DNA of 64,000 bases from a bacterium. GTDB taxonomy: Bacteria; UBA4055. Positions within the stretch are counted from its first letter, which is position 1; every line of letters begins with the position of its first letter. Below are positions 19,116-28,637 of the stretch, piece after piece. The stretch lies in assembly GCA_029559475.1 (NCBI GenBank), contig JAKQBN010000055.1:92031-156030 (forward strand). Reading direction: 5' to 3'. A program made the position numbers and the translations under genes. The notes under the pieces were generated by a model. That model was not told the DNA's origin, made no database searches, and worked only from the letters and a program-made list of their open reading frames with translations.

Positions 19116-20747
19116 ATGTCAAACAGGAGGCTTGATATGATAAATGTTCAACACCTGATACGGCAACTGGCTGAAGGCAAGTCGTATCGGGTAATAGGCA
19201 CAAATCTGGCGATATCGCCGACAACTGTCAAGAAATATGCGAAGTATATCAGAAAGAACGGTCTTAATGTCGAAGAGCTTAAGGGAAAACCGCCATCCGA
19301 GCTGGAGACTATTATAGACATAGCGGATCCTGCAGAAAGGCAACGAGCGGAAGAAGCTTTAACATGTATCAGGAAACATGAAAGTTCTTTGGTTGCAAGG
19401 CGGCTGACACGAAAAGATGTCTATGAAAAATATAGAATAGATATAGAATCTCCTCTAAGCTACAGCCGTTTCTGCGTAAAAGTAGAAGATGAACTTAAGA
19501 AAAGCGGCGCAACAATGCACTTTAATCACAAGCCAGGCGACAAGCTGTTCGTTGACTTTGCCGGAGACAAGCTGTGTTATTATGAAAAAGAGACAGGCGA
19601 GAAGATATCTGTTGAGGTCTTTGTGGCTGTTCTCGGACACAGTCAGAAGACCTTTGTCTTTGCGGTACATAGCCAGTGTAAAAACGATTTTATAGAGTCA
19701 CTTAAGCGTGCGTTCGAATACTACGGAGGTATACCATGCGCGATAGTACCGGACAATCTGAAATCAGGCGTAAATAAAGCAAGCTTATATGAACCTGAAA
19801 TGAACAGGAGCTTCAAACACTTTTGTGAACATTACGGCTGTTTTGCTTATCCCGCAAGGCCGCGTTCTCCAAAAGACAAGAGCCTTGTCGAGAATGCCGT
19901 AGGCAGAATGTACAGAGACATTTACACGCACATAAAAGCCTGTAAATACTACTCGATGGAAGAGTTGAATGCGGCTATACTTGAAAAGCTTGAAGAATCG
20001 AACAATAAACCGTTCCAGCGTCGTGATTACAGCAGAAATGATCTTTTTGAAAGTAATGAAAAGGACTGCCTTAAGCCGTTGCCTTCAAACGAATATGAGA
20101 CAGTAGATTTTTACAGTGCCACAGTCAGGCGCGATTATCATATCTGGTTCAGGCCTGACAAGCACCAGTACAGCGTACCTTATGAATACATAGGCAAAAC
20201 ATTAAAAGTTATTTACAATACAGATACCGTAGAGATATTTTACGGATACACAAGAATAGCCTTGCATAAGAGAAACAGATCAAGATACGGCTTTACCACA
20301 AACCCTGAACATATGCCGGCAAATCATAAATACATGGCTGATCTTACTCCTGAAAATCTGATGAAGAAAGCTGAAGAAATAGGCGTTTATACATCATCTG
20401 TAATCGAAAAAATACTCGGATCAGGCAACTATTATGATCAGAGAATAAGAAGCTCAAGAGGAGTACTGTCGCTTGCAAATAAGCTCGGAAAAGAAATTAT
20501 GGAACAGTGCTGTAAACGGGCTTTATCATACGGTATTTATAATTACAGACAGCTAAGAAACATAGCGGATATGAAGCTGTATCTTGAAGAAGATATAACC
20601 GTAACCGGCGGGTATATAGACAACCATCAAAACAAGAGAGGTGTTGAATATTATTTTGCGACACTTTTACAGGAATCGTGTGACACTTTGACAAGAATCA
20701 GCTACAATAATACAGAAATACAAACGAAAACGGAGGCGGAATGTTAA
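19116..20747 (+). CDS. istA: IS21-family transposase IstA
   Basis: 543 aa. N-terminal HTH (SYRVIGTNLAISPTTVKKY) and a DDE integrase core (FVDFAG...CAIVPDNLKSG...ENAVGRMYRD...) typical of IstA. Confidence 0.85.
   Translation: MSNRRLDMINVQHLIRQLAEGKSYRVIGTNLAISPTTVKKYAKYIRKNGLNVEELKGKPPSELETIIDIADPAERQRAEEALTCIRKHESSLVARRLTRKDVYEKYRIDIESPLSYSRFCVKVEDELKKSGATMHFNHKPGDKLFVDFAGDKLCYYEKETGEKISVEVFVAVLGHSQKTFVFAVHSQCKNDFIESLKRAFEYYGGIPCAIVPDNLKSGVNKASLYEPEMNRSFKHFCEHYGCFAYPARPRSPKDKSLVENAVGRMYRDIYTHIKACKYYSMEELNAAILEKLEESNNKPFQRRDYSRNDLFESNEKDCLKPLPSNEYETVDFYSATVRRDYHIWFRPDKHQYSVPYEYIGKTLKVIYNTDTVEIFYGYTRIALHKRNRSRYGFTTNPEHMPANHKYMADLTPENLMKKAEEIGVYTSSVIEKILGSGNYYDQRIRSSRGVLSLANKLGKEIMEQCCKRALSYGIYNYRQLRNIADMKLYLEEDITVTGGYIDNHQNKRGVEYYFATLLQESCDTLTRISYNNTEIQTKTEAEC
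20659..20698 (+). repeat. internal copy of the IS21 right-end double repeat, inside the istA 3' coding region
   Basis: gcgacacttttacaggaatcgtgtgacactttgacaagaatca is near-identical to the right terminus ctgtgacactttaaacaggaatcagtgggacactttgacaagaat. Confidence 0.6.
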
Positions 20748-21493
20748 ACGAAAATACATTGTCAAAAATGAAAGAGATGAACCTGACAGGAATGTATGAT
20801 GCATTTAAGCTAACTCTTAGCCTGAATGACTATAAGAAAATGACTTGCGATCAGCTAGCGGCATCTCTTGTTGACGCAGAATACGATAACAGGCGAAACA
20901 AAAGACTTGCCCAAAGGTTAAGTACAGCTAAGTTGCGTTATCCGGCATCAGCTGAACAGGTTGACTTTAATGCGGATAGAAAGCTCGATAGAAACCTGTT
21001 CATGAGACTTACAGACTGCAACTACATCAGACAGGCTGAGAATGTTATAATCAGCGGTATGACGGGCACAGGTAAAAGCTATATAGCCTGCGCATTAGGA
21101 CATCAGGCTTGTATAGCAGGATATAAAGTTATATATCACAACTTCAACAAACTCATGGCTAAGCTAGTAATGTCAAGAGGAGACAACTCGTATCTAAAGG
21201 AAATAAATAAGATAGCCGGCTACGATCTTTTAATCATAGATGACTTCGGCCTACAAACAATGGATCATGCCTCAAACATATCACTCCTTGAAATACTCGA
21301 AGACCGCTACGGCTCGAAATCTACGGTCATAGCTTCTCAGATCCCGCCTGAAAACTGGTATGCTCTCTTCAATAGCTCAACTATAGCTGATGCCTGCTTA
21401 GACAGAATAATACATAATGCGCATAAAATGGATATTACAGGGGAATCTATGAGAAAGAATAAAAAGGTTGCAGCGAAGAAAAAGAATGGTTAA
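20741..21493 (+). CDS. istB: IS21-family helper ATPase IstB
   Basis: 250 aa. Walker A GMTGTGKSY, Walker B LLIIDDFG. Overlaps the istA end by 7 nt, as is typical for IS21. Confidence 0.9.
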   Translation: MLNENTLSKMKEMNLTGMYDAFKLTLSLNDYKKMTCDQLAASLVDAEYDNRRNKRLAQRLSTAKLRYPASAEQVDFNADRKLDRNLFMRLTDCNYIRQAENVIISGMTGTGKSYIACALGHQACIAGYKVIYHNFNKLMAKLVMSRGDNSYLKEINKIAGYDLLIIDDFGLQTMDHASNISLLEILEDRYGSKSTVIASQIPPENWYALFNSSTIADACLDRIIHNAHKMDITGESMRKNKKVAAKKKNG

Positions 21494-21529
21494 ATTTTAA
21501 CGGGTTCAGGAGGTGGAAACTGTGACACT

Positions 21530-23323
21530 TTAAACAGGAATCAGTGGGACACTTTGACAAGAATCTACACCTGTATAATTCTGGCTGGTTTGAGAAGTGC
21601 TAACATTTGAGTAGGATCGCTGGCTTGGGCTAAAAGTATAACTCGATTTACTCGGAGTTATAACTCCTGTCCAGATATCTGTTGGAACAGATAATGAATA
21701 ATCACCGTTTGAATCTGTTGTTGTTGATACTATTCCATTGGTTCCTGATAACGTTACACCGCTTATTGTTGCGCCTGAGCTGTTTGTGATCCTGCCTGAA
21801 ATTACATTTGATGATTCACTAAAATTTAATTTAAAAGAATACGGAAAAGCGAATGTGTTTGCTGTGGCAGTTCCTATGATTTTTAAATAAATGTCACTGT
21901 TGTATAACAAAGAATATGAGAACTGAATGTTAGTGCTAAATGTACCGAATTTAACTTGAACTAGGCTGCCATTATTATTCTCATATAAATAGTACGTATT
22001 CACACCTGAAGCGTTTGGATAAAGATTGACGGTGACACTACCTGGTTTGTTATTGATATATCTATACATATCTTGATCTGATGAACCGCCTCCTGATTGA
22101 ATAGTTACTGATCCATTATATTCTATATTGTTGCTTATCGTATATGCCAATTCTTTAGTTGATGGTTCATCCATTCCTCGGATTAAATGACGGTAAGCGT
22201 CACATTCATCATTATGCTCTAAATTTACATTTAAAGTGTCAGATATATTCAAAGGTACAATATTACCAGTTTCATTTCTTAAATACTGGCGACTATATAA
22301 AACACAGCCATCACCAGGATCTTGAGGAATTGGATTCAACCAGTTCGCTGGGTTCTCACCATCATGTGAATTAGAAGCTATCCAAGTATACCGAATATTT
22401 GGTGGTAATGGCATATTAGTATTATAACTAAACGAAGCACTACTTAAGTTGAGACCGACAATGTTCGAATTAATAGCACTATCGCAGTTGATGTCCCTAT
22501 TAAAATAATCATCCAATGAACTAGACCATTCTTTACCACCAAATAGATAAATTCCGTCTGCGCCAGCATCAAAAGAATATTTCAAATCTCGCATAGCTTC
22601 AGAATGTATATTTGGTGGTGTTTCAGATTTCTGATCGTAATACTTTGTATTAGAAGGATCGAATCCTGAGTTTGATCCAAGATGAGGTGTCCCTATAGTA
22701 ACTACTCGTGCAACTTTGTGTCCGTTTATGTTATCAGAAGGATTTACCCACCACTTATGATTAGTGCTTGTTGTACCGTCTATTGTTCTTTGGAGATATT
22801 CTCTTATAGCAAGGCCACCCATAGAATGCCCAACTAGTATTACTTTCTCCGAGTTCGTAAAATCGATTACTTCAGTTATCATTTTACTTAACGCATATCC
22901 CTGCTTAAAAATCGCCGATTCATTGCTATGGTCAAACTGATCATTCCACCACCCATCTGCTGCCTTTATTCTTTCTTCTTTGAAATTGATCGCAAAAATA
23001 TAAGAATCTGGATCCCAATCATACAAACTATAATTAAATCTTCGTGGTCCAAGTATTATTGTTTTATCACCATATACTGTATCAGACCATTTGACATCGT
23101 TTTCGAGCACAGAAGTATCGTTAGCATTATCGAAATTTAGTATAACATCATATGAATTTATGTTTCCCCAATCGTAATTACCACTATTCAAATAATTCAT
23201 CGTTTCTTGAAATGACTCATCGCTACCGACTAGTCCGTGAACGAAAATAATAGGATATGGAGGTTTTGCTCCATAAATTAATGTTGTTAACACGATAATG
23301 AGAATCAACAATATTTTCTTCAT
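21530..23323 (-). CDS. secreted lipase/esterase (alpha/beta hydrolase, PGAP1-like) with a C-terminal carboxypeptidase-regulatory-like domain. The C-terminus is supplied by the IS21 end.
   Basis: Signal peptide MKKILLILIIVLTTLIYGA. Nucleophile elbow ILVGHSMGGLAIREY. C-terminal ITNSSGATISGVTLSG...TTDSNGDYSLSVP is CarbopepD_reg-like. The last 11 codons (DSCQSVPLIPV*) are encoded by the IS21 right terminal repeat. Confidence 0.7.
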   Translation of the reverse strand: MKKILLILIIVLTTLIYGAKPPYPIIFVHGLVGSDESFQETMNYLNSGNYDWGNINSYDVILNFDNANDTSVLENDVKWSDTVYGDKTIILGPRRFNYSLYDWDPDSYIFAINFKEERIKAADGWWNDQFDHSNESAIFKQGYALSKMITEVIDFTNSEKVILVGHSMGGLAIREYLQRTIDGTTSTNHKWWVNPSDNINGHKVARVVTIGTPHLGSNSGFDPSNTKYYDQKSETPPNIHSEAMRDLKYSFDAGADGIYLFGGKEWSSSLDDYFNRDINCDSAINSNIVGLNLSSASFSYNTNMPLPPNIRYTWIASNSHDGENPANWLNPIPQDPGDGCVLYSRQYLRNETGNIVPLNISDTLNVNLEHNDECDAYRHLIRGMDEPSTKELAYTISNNIEYNGSVTIQSGGGSSDQDMYRYINNKPGSVTVNLYPNASGVNTYYLYENNNGSLVQVKFGTFSTNIQFSYSLLYNSDIYLKIIGTATANTFAFPYSFKLNFSESSNVISGRITNSSGATISGVTLSGTNGIVSTTTDSNGDYSLSVPTDIWTGVITPSKSSYTFSPSQRSYSNVSTSQTSQNYTGVDSCQSVPLIPV

Positions 23324-23528
23324 TTTCCCCTCTCCTTACTCTTGTATTTAATTTTTTTAATTTTTGATATATCAATGTTATAAAAAACTTGTGCTTATAA
23401 TCCGTACTTCTTCTATACATTTCTTACTTTCTCAAACTTATAATAATTTAATTTAACATTTCTCAGTTATCTGTTTCAACTGTTTCCGTATTATTTTTTA
23501 TTTTTTCCATTTTTAGCTTCGATTTTTG

Positions 23529-24854
23529 TTATATGAACTGATGTCTGTGTTCGGGATATACTAGAGATGGGGTACTGATCTGTCGGATCATCTGGTCGGC
23601 CTGAGCCTTTATTTCATGATAGCCGTTCTTTTGTGCCAGCTCGATGGACTTTTTGTAACATTCAACAGCTTTTTCAGTATTATAAAGTTCTTTTACGATC
23701 AGTCCGCAGTTCAGGTAGAATAATGCTAAAGCTTTTTCGTCATTGAGCGATGATACAATGCTGTGCGCCTTATTTAAATGATAGATAGAATTTTTACTGT
23801 CCTTAATGATCCTGTGACAGTCCGAATAGAGCATATATATCTGGTATCTGTACAGGTTCTGTCTGTCGGCCGGCAGAGAACGGATCCTGAGTAAAGCGGA
23901 TTTTAAAAGGTATTTTGTCGTCTCGGAATTGCTTCGGATGATCGATATCTTTGATCTTTTGATTATGGCATTTATCAGCAGCTCATCATCGGATCCTGAA
24001 CCTTCAAGAATGTGGATCAGTTTCTCGCAGATATTGTCTGAAGTCTCGTGATTTTTATTCTTTCTGTGCTGGACCGCGGCGCTGTACTTTGCTTTAAGAT
24101 CGCTTATCGTTTTTTCAGTATCGAAAAAATTCCCGCAGTCATACACGATGTCTGAATGCATGGTCATGTTGACTTTTTTTATAAAACTTTTGAATTTATT
24201 TGATTTTAACGCGGATCTTTCCAGAATTATCTGATTGTTCAAAGAGACCGTAGCCAACGAATCGAAAAGGAAATCACAGATGTTCTCGTATCTTGTCCTT
24301 TCTTTTAAATAATTATATTTTTTTAGGGAAAAATTAACATATTTTCTTATCTCTTTATAATGTTTCAGAATAAATTCTATATCTTTGTATCTGCTTCTAT
24401 CAACATCGAATATTTCGCAGGATTTATCTATAAATAGCCTTTTTATTCTGATCCCCGATCTTTTGCAGTCTGAAATGAATTGAGCTATGAACTGACTTAG
24501 GATCCGTTTTTCTTTTACGGGCGAATATGCGCAGAATACAAATCCGTGATTAATGTCTTTTATGAGATATCTGAATACAGGTTTTTCTTTTTGCAGCGGA
24601 TACAGTTCCGATACTTTTAATACAAGTTCTGAAAGCGGACTGCCGTTAGCCTTATAATTATCGTTTCCGTCTTCTTTTTTCTTTTGACTTTTATTCTTTG
24701 AAAGAAGACCGTTCTTTTGTGAGTTGATCCAGTTTCTTATTGTTCGCGGAGTTATCCCGTGAATTTCTGCAAGTTTTTTTATTTTTTTTCTGCTCGTAGC
24801 CTGTTTTATAACTTTCAGCTTTTCCTCGACGGACTTACGCATAATAATGCTCAT
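23529..24854 (-). CDS. HTH-domain + TPR-repeat protein (paralog A). Its transposase-like N-terminal region is speculative.
   Basis: 441 aa. N-terminal HTH KLKVIKQATSRKKIKKLAEIHGITPRTIRNWI. Central region conserved with the upstream paralog (FRYLIKDINHGFVFCAYS, YENICDFLFDS). C-terminal TPR-like helical repeats. Confidence 0.55.
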   Translation of the reverse strand: MSIIMRKSVEEKLKVIKQATSRKKIKKLAEIHGITPRTIRNWINSQKNGLLSKNKSQKKKEDGNDNYKANGSPLSELVLKVSELYPLQKEKPVFRYLIKDINHGFVFCAYSPVKEKRILSQFIAQFISDCKRSGIRIKRLFIDKSCEIFDVDRSRYKDIEFILKHYKEIRKYVNFSLKKYNYLKERTRYENICDFLFDSLATVSLNNQIILERSALKSNKFKSFIKKVNMTMHSDIVYDCGNFFDTEKTISDLKAKYSAAVQHRKNKNHETSDNICEKLIHILEGSGSDDELLINAIIKRSKISIIRSNSETTKYLLKSALLRIRSLPADRQNLYRYQIYMLYSDCHRIIKDSKNSIYHLNKAHSIVSSLNDEKALALFYLNCGLIVKELYNTEKAVECYKKSIELAQKNGYHEIKAQADQMIRQISTPSLVYPEHRHQFI

Positions 24855-24978
24855 TTTAATTTTCGGTTAATGTTTTATAAGCAAAATTTAATGCATAAAA
24901 AAGCTGAATTCAATTATTGCCGGATATTTTTATATTTTTTCCGTTTTTAGCTATGTTTTTAAAAATATGAAATAACTT

Positions 24979-27096
24979 TTATACCTGATGCAACTCTAAT
25001 TGTTTTTTCACAAAGTACATCTGTTCTTCAGTATCGTATAATTTACTTTTTAGCAGTTCCTGCAGATAAATTTTATAAGCTTCTTTTTTGTTCGTCTTAT
25101 AAAAATCAGACTTTTTTTCTAATATTACTGAAGAATAAGCATAGAATTCATTTGAATCTGAATCTGCTTTCTTATTAAGGATTTTTAAATTCGCTTTTGC
25201 CTTTTTAAAATCTCCGGACTCTATGTGCAGTTCGATTAATACCGTCAAAGCTTTGAGATAAGGGAATGGATTTCCTTTTGTTGTCTTTGCTATTTCTATT
25301 GCTGATAATATTTCCGATTCAGCCTTTACGAACTTTTTTTCAATTTTTGAGATCATTCCGTTATATAAAGGCAAATTATACTTCTGTGAAGTATTATCCG
25401 TATTCTCCAAGAGCAGAGAAACCTCGGACAATCTGCTTTTTACATCGGAAATTCGTCCTGATTCAATTTCAGACAGACACAAATTCAGCATATTATCTAT
25501 AAGCGGTACTTTCAGGTTGTTTTTTTGCGATAATTCAATATTGTCTTCAAATATTTTCCCGGCTTTTAGAAATTCATTCATTTTTATATACGCCACGGCT
25601 TTGTTGCCCGATACAGGGATTCGAATGGTGGTCAGCACAGCAGGATTATCTGATCTGTCAATAATTTCAACGGACTTATCATAAGCTTTAATGCTTTCCG
25701 ATAATTTTCCCGCGATCTGAAGACAGTCTCCGTATTTTGCCCATAGAACTACTTTCTGAACGAACATGTTTTTATATAGATCATCGGCTATCATTTTTTC
25801 GTATAATTTTATTGCTTCTGAAGTATTACCTCTTTTTACGTTGTAATCAGCTTTATTCTCTTTTACCGCAAGAAGGATGTCGTCGAATTTATTCTTCTCG
25901 GCTAATACTTCGGACTTGAGTAAGAATTCTTCAGCTTTATCAAATGTACCTGTATTCTTATAAAATAGGGAATAATTTATGTAAAATATTGCCTTGTTCC
26001 TTTCATTGCTGTCTGCTTCAACTTGTCGTCTTGCTTTTTCAAAGAAATAAAGGCACTTTCTGTTTTCGTTTGTCAGTCTGTAAACATCCGCGTAAAGCAT
26101 ATAGCCTGCATACTTAAACCCGCTTATTTTATCAGCCGGAAGTAATTTCGCCATTTTCATAGCCTTCGAAAAGTATTTTCTTGCATTAACCATATCTTTT
26201 TTTAATGCATAGACCTTCCCTATCTGGATCAGTATTTTTGCGTACAGTTCCGAATAAGATCCCGAATCTTTTAAGATCACTTCTATCCTTCTGTAACGGT
26301 CATCCGAATTCACAAGATCGAATTTTTTATGGATTTCGAGAGCCTGATCGAACATTTTTGTCAGTATTTCGCCTGATCTGCTTTCGTCAAAGCTTTTAAC
26401 TTCATCGGAAAGAATAGCCGAATGATACTTTATGTTCAGCTTTTTTACAGATTCGAAACATTTGGAAGATTTTACAGCCTTATATTTTTCTAATGCTGTA
26501 TGATTGTTTTTTGCTGTCGTAGCCATAGAATCAAATAAAAATTCATTATTGTTTTCGTATTTTGTTCTTTCTTTCATAAAACTATTGTGCTTTGTTGTAA
26601 AAGTCAGATGTTTTTTGATCGAAGTGTTGTTAACGCAGGTCAGTATTGTGCCTGTAGATTTTAGATCACTAACATGATTTCTTTTATCTGTAATAATTTT
26701 CTTTACTGTTATTCCTGATTTTTTCAGGTCTGAAAGAAAGAGATTTAAAATTTCTTTGAAATATCCGTTAGAGTTGTCGGATGAATACGCGCATAGAATA
26801 AATCCGCGGTTTATATCTTTTAAAAGATGCCTGTAAACAGTTTGATCTTTCAGAACAGAATATACAAGTGAAACTTTATAAACCGATTCGCTGAAAGGTC
26901 CTGATATTTTTTTACTCTTTTGAGGACTTTTCGGATCAGGATCCTTTTTGCCGTTAAGTTCGCCTGCTTTGTAAAGCGCGATCCAGTTCTTTATGGTTTT
27001 TTCGGTAATCCCGTGCTGGATGGCGAGTTTCTTTATCAGCTTTTTACTTTTCGCCTGTTTTACGATCTCTAATTTCTCGATCAATGATCTGGTCAT
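24979..27096 (-). CDS. HTH-domain + extended TPR-repeat protein (paralog B)
   Basis: 705 aa. N-terminal ~230 aa are paralogous to 23529-24854 (KLEIVKQAKSKKLIKKLAIQHGITEKTIKNWI, YRHLLKDINRGFILCAYS, YENNNEFLFDS). These are followed by ~450 aa of TPR-like repeats. Confidence 0.55.
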   Translation of the reverse strand: MTRSLIEKLEIVKQAKSKKLIKKLAIQHGITEKTIKNWIALYKAGELNGKKDPDPKSPQKSKKISGPFSESVYKVSLVYSVLKDQTVYRHLLKDINRGFILCAYSSDNSNGYFKEILNLFLSDLKKSGITVKKIITDKRNHVSDLKSTGTILTCVNNTSIKKHLTFTTKHNSFMKERTKYENNNEFLFDSMATTAKNNHTALEKYKAVKSSKCFESVKKLNIKYHSAILSDEVKSFDESRSGEILTKMFDQALEIHKKFDLVNSDDRYRRIEVILKDSGSYSELYAKILIQIGKVYALKKDMVNARKYFSKAMKMAKLLPADKISGFKYAGYMLYADVYRLTNENRKCLYFFEKARRQVEADSNERNKAIFYINYSLFYKNTGTFDKAEEFLLKSEVLAEKNKFDDILLAVKENKADYNVKRGNTSEAIKLYEKMIADDLYKNMFVQKVVLWAKYGDCLQIAGKLSESIKAYDKSVEIIDRSDNPAVLTTIRIPVSGNKAVAYIKMNEFLKAGKIFEDNIELSQKNNLKVPLIDNMLNLCLSEIESGRISDVKSRLSEVSLLLENTDNTSQKYNLPLYNGMISKIEKKFVKAESEILSAIEIAKTTKGNPFPYLKALTVLIELHIESGDFKKAKANLKILNKKADSDSNEFYAYSSVILEKKSDFYKTNKKEAYKIYLQELLKSKLYDTEEQMYFVKKQLELHQV

Positions 27097-27235
27097 ACAT
27101 AACCCCTCTTAATTTATTACTTTTCGCCAATATCGTTTTACATCACTTTTAGTGATAATTTATAAAAGACTGAATGAATAATCAAGATATATTAAACGTG
27201 ATCGATAAATCAGCGGAGTTGAAATAATCTTAAAA

Positions 27236-27270
27236 TAAAAAAGGCAGTACATAATTACTGCCTTTTTATT
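27236..27270. terminator. bidirectional rho-independent terminator
   Basis: aaaaaaggcagtac-ataat-tactgcctttttatt: a 7-bp stem (ggcagta/tactgcc) with an A-tract upstream and a T-tract downstream, just 3' of the VWA lipoprotein gene. Confidence 0.6.
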
Positions 27271-27303
27271 CAAAACCGGAATACCCGGTCATGTTCTTCA
27301 GAT

Positions 27304-28482
27304 CTAGTAATTAGCTTTGACTGTTACTTCCCCGTCCGAAGTTCCTATATCGATCACTATACGAATATCTTTTTCCGTGCCGTCAGTTTTAGATGTTTCA
27401 AATTCAACAAGCGAAGATGCTGCTGTGACTTCAACAATCGGAAGTGTAGTAAGATCAACATATCCTGTATAATCACCTGCTCCGAAAATATCGAACCACA
27501 TTCCTCCTGTTCCGGCAGATGTATATGAAATTTCATTCAGAATTAAATTTCCCGGTTGAGCCAGCCAGTGCATATCGTAAGCGCCATTTTCAAGATAAGT
27601 ATAATCTGGTGTCGGGGATACGACGTGGACGGTTGCATATCCTTCAAGAGCTGCCGCAAGTTCATCGGTTCGCCATGGAGAATGAGACGTTCCCGATCCG
27701 ACAGGAGCGCCTTCACCCCATGTGGATACATCTGTAAGGACTATGAACATTTTCTGCGCGCCTTCTCTCCATGTAAAATTGTTGTAAGCCCACCATATAG
27801 CATCAAATCCGCCTTCGGGGCTATCACCACCGTCATATCCTTCATAACCTGCATACAAGCTGTCAACGAATTTGTAAACCGGTCCTGTTGTATCGATCTT
27901 GGTAGTAATATTTTCATAGTCTACAACTACATAAGCTCCTGGATCATTATCGTCGGGTATTCCATTAATTTCAACAGGAATTCTCGAATCGTAATTATCT
28001 GCATATGCTACTGCTCCTGCTGCGACATTTATTCCTTCTGATTTCATGTTTTTTAAGAAATCAGTAACGCTGGCTCTGACACCGTCTATTGTTCCGCTCA
28101 TCGAACCTGTTACGTCGATTATAAAAACGATATCCGTTCCCAAAGAGATAGTGCCGTCGTTATTTGTAATTTTTATACCCTGAACTACTCCGTCTTCAAC
28201 CACTGTCAGGTTCTCGGTCGTGTAGATAATAGGATCACCTTTGCTTACATTTAAAAGTCCACCGACATTGAGTTTGACTCTTGTAGGATTAGACGGATCT
28301 ACTTTAACCGCTACGTTCGGTTTGAGCGGTCCGCTTTTTACTGCCGGTGGAAGAGTCCCCGGATCTGCAGGTATATCGGAATTATCAACTACTATCGGTT
28401 CCGACGATTTTTCATCACTACATGACCATATGAACATACCGGCTATGATAACTGCCAATGTTAAAAACTGCCATTTTTTCAT
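27304..28482 (-). CDS. von Willebrand factor A (VWA) domain lipoprotein
   Basis: Signal peptide with lipobox (FIWSCSDEK). MIDAS-like motif IVFIIDVTGSMSG. Predicted extracytoplasmic beta-rich N-terminal region. Confidence 0.65.
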   Translation of the reverse strand: MKKWQFLTLAVIIAGMFIWSCSDEKSSEPIVVDNSDIPADPGTLPPAVKSGPLKPNVAVKVDPSNPTRVKLNVGGLLNVSKGDPIIYTTENLTVVEDGVVQGIKITNNDGTISLGTDIVFIIDVTGSMSGTIDGVRASVTDFLKNMKSEGINVAAGAVAYADNYDSRIPVEINGIPDDNDPGAYVVVDYENITTKIDTTGPVYKFVDSLYAGYEGYDGGDSPEGGFDAIWWAYNNFTWREGAQKMFIVLTDVSTWGEGAPVGSGTSHSPWRTDELAAALEGYATVHVVSPTPDYTYLENGAYDMHWLAQPGNLILNEISYTSAGTGGMWFDIFGAGDYTGYVDLTTLPIVEVTAASSLVEFETSKTDGTEKDIRIVIDIGTSDGEVTVKANY

Positions 28483-28637
28483 TTCGTTTCTCCATTTTTG
28501 TTTTTCTTAGGATATTTACACTACTTTCCCAATTTAAAATAAACCAAAGTAATAATCAAGTAATAATTTACCTTATTATTCTGTAATTTATGCAGACATT
28601 TTTTTGGAGGATATCATGACGTGTAATTTCAAAAGAT

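Larger units (their letters stand above)
18996..21564 (+). mobile_element. IS21-family insertion sequence (istA + istB) with multi-repeat termini
   Basis: Left end attcttgcgaaagtg-accagtc-aattcctgtcaaagtgttacag (18996-19039). Right end ctgtgacactttaaacaggaatcagtgggacactttgacaagaat (21520-21564). The ends are inverted copies that each hold two ~20-bp subrepeats. The ~2.57-kb length fits IS21. No clean target-site duplication is visible. Confidence 0.8.

Noticed and set aside
21494-21529. Short gap after istB that might hold an independent regulatory site
   Set aside because: It is fully accounted for as part of the IS21 right terminal repeat block.
18985-21575. Target-site duplication flanking the IS21 element
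   Set aside because: The flanks (..tgtgcata | ctacacct..) share no clean 4-8-bp direct repeat. The absence is itself consistent with a deletion or recombination event, so no TSD is reported.
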